A stretch of 64,000 nucleotides of DNA, taken from Candidatus Saccharimonadia bacterium. Its GTDB lineage: Bacteria; Patescibacteriota; Saccharimonadia; CAILAD01; CAZGYV01. The stretch spans positions 10,059 to 74,058 of the forward strand of contig JAYRII010000014.1 of assembly GCA_041906885.1 (NCBI GenBank), read 5' to 3'. The position numbers and the translations under genes are program-made. Every line of letters begins with the position of its first letter. Position 1 is the stretch's first letter. A model generated the notes under the pieces. That model made no database searches. It saw nothing but the letters and a program-made list of their open reading frames with translations, and was not told the DNA's origin. Below, one piece after another: positions 60,406-64,000 of the stretch.

Positions 60406-61809
60406 ATGCAACCAGATATATATAACCAGCCAAATAAAGTAATTAATAAAAAAGTACTCTTAATAGTATTTGCTATATTCTTAGTAATTTGTATAATATT
60501 GGCCTTGTTTTTGTTATCCAAACACAGCAATGAAAAAGTTAACCCCACCCCAATTAATTATCAGGATAATTTTTTTACTGGAATCAGTTCGGTGTCGCCA
60601 GACATTAATAATCCAGAAGTTATTCATCTCTTTAACGGCCGCAATTTCATTAAATATAATTTAAAGACCAAACAATCCAGCCGCCGAATCAAAGACGTTA
60701 ATCTTCCCAACAGTGTTTCTGAAATGAAATGGTCTAAAGACAAGAACTATGTAAGCTTTAAGGCTAGTGGTTTTACTACCAATGATGAGCTCGGAAAATA
60801 TTTAAATAACATGGGCTTATCTCTAAATAACCATTATTTTTGGGTAATGAATACAAACACCGGTGAATTTAACTTGATTTCAGGTTCTTACACACTTGAA
60901 GAGGACTCTCTAAAAGAAACCCTATTCACGACGTGGGGAGTAGACCCAAATAAAATAATATTTGTTACTAAAGTAGGGGATACGAGCGAGATATACCTAT
61001 ATGATGTTATCAAAAAAGAAACTAAATTATTGTTTAAGAATAGTAATTTAGTCCTCTATCTATCTCAACTCAATCCTAACAAATATATTATTCTTGAAAG
61101 TAAACAAGATGGCTCTATCTTGGAAGTTAACGATATAGATAGTACTGGAAAAAGTAAATTAATTACTAAAGTCAACTCGAATATAATAAACACTTCGCCA
61201 GACGGAAAATATTTTTACATTTTTGAACCAAGCAATGCATCTAAAATAAGTGATGGCGAGAATACCGAACCAATTAGCGGCAAATTAAATATTTACAATT
61301 CAGACAACAATAAGATTGTTAAAGATATTAATAATTTAAAAACTTCAGACTTTTTTAGTTGGTCTGGGAATAGCAAGTCAATCTATACTTTTACCAACAG
61401 CTCTAAGTTAAGCATCGTTAATGTTGATAACAGCAGTTCTACAATATTTAAGCCGCTTGATAAGATCAATCTTCGCAATAGTGGAGCTTATCAGTTTATT
61501 GCATCGGGAATCGAGGGCTTGGTATTTATTGTTAATAAAGATGGGGTTAATACCATTCAAACACCAGACATACAAAGGCCATACACAGTGAATCTTAACA
61601 CCATTCAAACACCCGATAACTTCACTGATTTCAATGTGTCTTACGATGATAAATATAAACTAACGACTGTCAGCTTATACAAGCAGCCTTACGATTTATT
61701 TCGACAAAAAGCTATTGAATATGTAGGTAACAAGGGTGTTAATCCAGATCTCATTCCAATAAACTTTATTAACTTCAATCCGGCAAACAACAATTATCAC
61801 GGTCGCTAG
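60406..61809 (+). CDS. AT-rich, Asn/Lys-rich membrane-anchored protein with PD40/TolB-like beta-propeller-type repeats; hypothetical
   Basis: N-terminal TM; repeats of the SPDGKYFYIF / SWSGNSKSIYTF type; markedly lower GC than neighbours. Confidence 0.4.
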   Translation: MQPDIYNQPNKVINKKVLLIVFAIFLVICIILALFLLSKHSNEKVNPTPINYQDNFFTGISSVSPDINNPEVIHLFNGRNFIKYNLKTKQSSRRIKDVNLPNSVSEMKWSKDKNYVSFKASGFTTNDELGKYLNNMGLSLNNHYFWVMNTNTGEFNLISGSYTLEEDSLKETLFTTWGVDPNKIIFVTKVGDTSEIYLYDVIKKETKLLFKNSNLVLYLSQLNPNKYIILESKQDGSILEVNDIDSTGKSKLITKVNSNIINTSPDGKYFYIFEPSNASKISDGENTEPISGKLNIYNSDNNKIVKDINNLKTSDFFSWSGNSKSIYTFTNSSKLSIVNVDNSSSTIFKPLDKINLRNSGAYQFIASGIEGLVFIVNKDGVNTIQTPDIQRPYTVNLNTIQTPDNFTDFNVSYDDKYKLTTVSLYKQPYDLFRQKAIEYVGNKGVNPDLIPINFINFNPANNNYHGR

Positions 61810-61822
61810 TTTATCCGAATAA

Positions 61823-62098
61823 CTATCTAATTGTCACCACAATACGGCTCACTTTGTGTGGCGCAATTTTCCCATTTATTAACACCATCAGACTCCGTGC
61901 TCGGTAACGCAGCTCTGAGGCGCTTGAACTATCCTCCGTGGCTATTTTGAGGACGTTATTTTTATAGCTCAACACCCTAACCTCTACATGGACCTTGTCG
62001 ACAATTATTAACTTTGCCTCGGTCATAACATCTAGTTTTGAAACACCGAGTGTTTCGGCTTTTTCTTCTAGGATTTTTTTAATATTCTCAAGCGACAT
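61823..62098 (-). CDS. DUF721-like small protein (recF-downstream ORF)
   Basis: 91 aa, overlaps the recF start by 11 nt; conserved position in the dnaN-recF-(DUF721)-gyrB cluster. Confidence 0.45.
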   Translation of the reverse strand: MSLENIKKILEEKAETLGVSKLDVMTEAKLIIVDKVHVEVRVLSYKNNVLKIATEDSSSASELRYRARSLMVLINGKIAPHKVSRIVVTIR

Positions 62099-63161
62099 AG
62101 CCAGATCCGGTTAAATCAATTAGCTGATAATCATACTTTAGGGAGGGATCAATGTCGGTCGTGGTGATAATTGTCTGTTGAGCCGCAACATTACCAACTA
62201 AATATTTGCGCCTGTCAGCGTCTAACTCACTAAAAACATCGTCTAGTAATAGCAACGGTCGTTTTTTTAAGTTTCGTTCGATATAGTCCATCTCAGACAG
62301 CTTAAGCGCTAACATAATCGTCCTCAACTCACCCCTTGACGCAACTTTGTCCAAACTGTGGTCTTTGAAATAAGCCACAAAATCATCACGGTGGGGCCCG
62401 AGCGTGGTAAAGCCTGCCTGAATATCTTTTTTGTAATTATCTTTTATTATCTTAAGATATTGATCTCGATTAGTCGTGACACTTGGTAGATATTTAAGCT
62501 CTATCTTATCATCTCTGCCGGAGATCTTATGATAATAACTCGACAATAGCGGGCCGATACATTTTAGCAAGTCCTTTCTCATTTCAATAATTATCCCCAT
62601 CGGGTTGACTAGCTGTAAATCCCAAACAAATAATTGATCATCAAGCCCTCTTAACCTAGAACTAACCTTTGCCTGGTGAATCAGACTATTTCTCTGCTTA
62701 ATAATTTTACGGTAAGTGCTCAACGCCTGCCTGTAGTCGATACTAATTTGTGACAATATAACATCCAAGTATTTCCTTCTCGCATCCGGTGGTCCAATTA
62801 GTAGATTCATATCATTCGGCTCAAAAATAGTTATTGGGTTTAGGCCAGACAGAGAGTTGAGCGGCTTTTTAGAGCCACCAATAATAGCACTTTTTTTATG
62901 GTTGACGCCTCCATCCTCGAACCGAATCTCTTGGCTGTTTCCATCAAAATCAGCCACCACACGATAAAAAGTCTCGCCATAATGAATCAGATCAAAATCC
63001 TTAGCCCGGAATGAGTGAGATGTGGCAGCAACATAAATCGATTCGATTAGATTTGTCTTACCAACTGCATTCGGCCCTAATATAACCACCAGCGGCTGTT
63101 CGATTAAAAGCTCAATCGTACGGTACGAACGAAAATTAGTTAGATTGAGCTGCCTAATCAT
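62088..63161 (-). CDS. recF: DNA replication and repair protein RecF
   Basis: LNLTNFRSYRT...ILGPNAVGKTNLIESI (Walker A), LLLLDDVFSELD (Walker B/D-loop). Confidence 0.85.
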   Translation of the reverse strand: MIRQLNLTNFRSYRTIELLIEQPLVVILGPNAVGKTNLIESIYVAATSHSFRAKDFDLIHYGETFYRVVADFDGNSQEIRFEDGGVNHKKSAIIGGSKKPLNSLSGLNPITIFEPNDMNLLIGPPDARRKYLDVILSQISIDYRQALSTYRKIIKQRNSLIHQAKVSSRLRGLDDQLFVWDLQLVNPMGIIIEMRKDLLKCIGPLLSSYYHKISGRDDKIELKYLPSVTTNRDQYLKIIKDNYKKDIQAGFTTLGPHRDDFVAYFKDHSLDKVASRGELRTIMLALKLSEMDYIERNLKKRPLLLLDDVFSELDADRRKYLVGNVAAQQTIITTTDIDPSLKYDYQLIDLTGSGYVA

Positions 63162-63191
63162 ACTAATTAATTATACCTATAAATATAATTA

Positions 63192-64000
63192 TTAACTCCT
63201 TAGCGGCATGATTATGTGGATATAGTTGGCCTTGTTATTTTTCTCAACAGGGCGAATAACACACGGGTCAAGCTTATCATTCACACCAATCTCGATCATA
63301 TCAACTTTTAGAACCGACAAAACATCAATTAGATAACGAGCATTAATTGATATCTCAGCAGGCTCACCGGTCAGCTTGACATCCATACTTGATTTATTTT
63401 CACCCACCGAAGATGCACTACTGGCAATTGAGATGCTATTATCTTTAAATTCCAACTTAATCGTATTGGCGTTCTCACGAGCAAAAATACTAGCCACCTT
63501 AACAATATTTAGTAGCTCAGCTCGATCTGCTACCACTTTAGTCTTAGTATTGGTTGGAATTATTTGCTTGTAATCAGGGAATTTACCGTCCACCAACCTA
63601 GAAACCATACTAATATCATTAATTTCAAAAATTGCCTCGGTTTTGCTAAATTTAATCTCAATATCATCCTCCGACTCGGTTGCTATACGAATTAGCTCAC
63701 TCACAGTTCGGGCTGGCACAATCATCGTGGCGTCTTTAACGTCTTTTAGGTCAGTTACAACTTCAGCTAGACGATAGCTATCAGTTGCAACGAGCGTAAG
63801 CTGATTGTCCTTGATAATAAATATCACACCAGCTAGTACTGGCCTTGACTCATCTGGCGAAGAAGCAAATACAACCTTCGTCAACCCATCTACTAAAATA
63901 TTTGATTTTAGACGTATAGATGATTCGGCTTTAACTTGAGGAATAGTAGGGAATTCGTCAACTGAAATACCATTGATCTGCGAATTAAAGTGAGTAGATT
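63192..64000 (-). CDS. dnaN: DNA polymerase III beta sliding clamp (DnaN), 5'-partial (continues beyond the window end)
   Basis: LTLVATDSYRLAE, PVLAGVIF motifs. The reading frame remains open upstream to position 64000; the ORF-track start is an internal TTG. Confidence 0.85.
   Translation of the reverse strand, partial: STHFNSQINGISVDEFPTIPQVKAESSIRLKSNILVDGLTKVVFASSPDESRPVLAGVIFIIKDNQLTLVATDSYRLAEVVTDLKDVKDATMIVPARTVSELIRIATESEDDIEIKFSKTEAIFEINDISMVSRLVDGKFPDYKQIIPTNTKTKVVADRAELLNIVKVASIFARENANTIKLEFKDNSISIASSASSVGENKSSMDVKLTGEPAEISINARYLIDVLSVLKVDMIEIGVNDKLDPCVIRPVEKNNKANYIHIIMPLRS

Overview
This 64-kb window looks like part of a small-genome, Gram-positive-like bacterium, plausibly a CPR/Saccharibacteria-type lineage. 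That placement is an inference from gene content only. The evidence is two tandem FemAB paralogs, an LCP-family protein, a Gram-positive-type (PrgI/PrgJ/PrgK-like) type IV secretion cluster, many small membrane proteins and no outer-membrane genes. GC was not computed; by eye it looks moderate with AT-rich intergenic regions.

Housekeeping genes I can support from motifs read directly in the translations:
- a rhodanese-type TrhO gene, broken by a frameshift in a C7 homopolymer
- an HTH protein followed by guanylate kinase
- tRNA-dihydrouridine synthase
- LCP protein
- AlkD-like alkylation repair protein
- a minimal 2-TM K+ channel
- a GT2 cellulose-synthase-like glycosyltransferase
- HxlR regulator
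- HdeD-like protein
- a two-ring Clp/Hsp100 ATPase with N-terminal transmembrane helices
- bifunctional PGI/PMI
- groES-groEL with a CIRCE operator
- phosphohexomutase
- a MazE/MazF pair
- TsaD with a large insertion
- ValS
- ComF
- Hsp20
- an orphan solute-binding protein
- DUF721-recF-dnaN at the window edge, which is origin-proximal.

RNA genes: five tRNAs, namely Ser-GGA, Ser-GCU, Ser-UGA, Ser-CGA and an Arg with anticodon GCG. All five sit in repeated cassettes, each with a conserved upstream module and a downstream module that carries a partial copy of a tRNA 3' end.

Repeats: a dispersed MITE-like palindromic family with TGTCATCCTGAG ... CTCAGAATGACA termini, at least five loci.

Most notable region: 45.1-60.4 kb is a type IV secretion-like locus. 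It contains 4 tandem VirB2/TrbC-like pilin paralogs plus a fused double-pilin protein, a VirB6/TrbL-like polytopic protein, a PrgI/VirB3-like protein and a VirB4-family ATPase interrupted by a single in-frame TAG. Two large cell-wall hydrolases follow: one is SLT plus M15 peptidase, the other is SLT plus amidase_2. No coupling protein or relaxase is in the window.

Absent from the window: CRISPR arrays, rRNA genes, and any obvious prophage or transposase.
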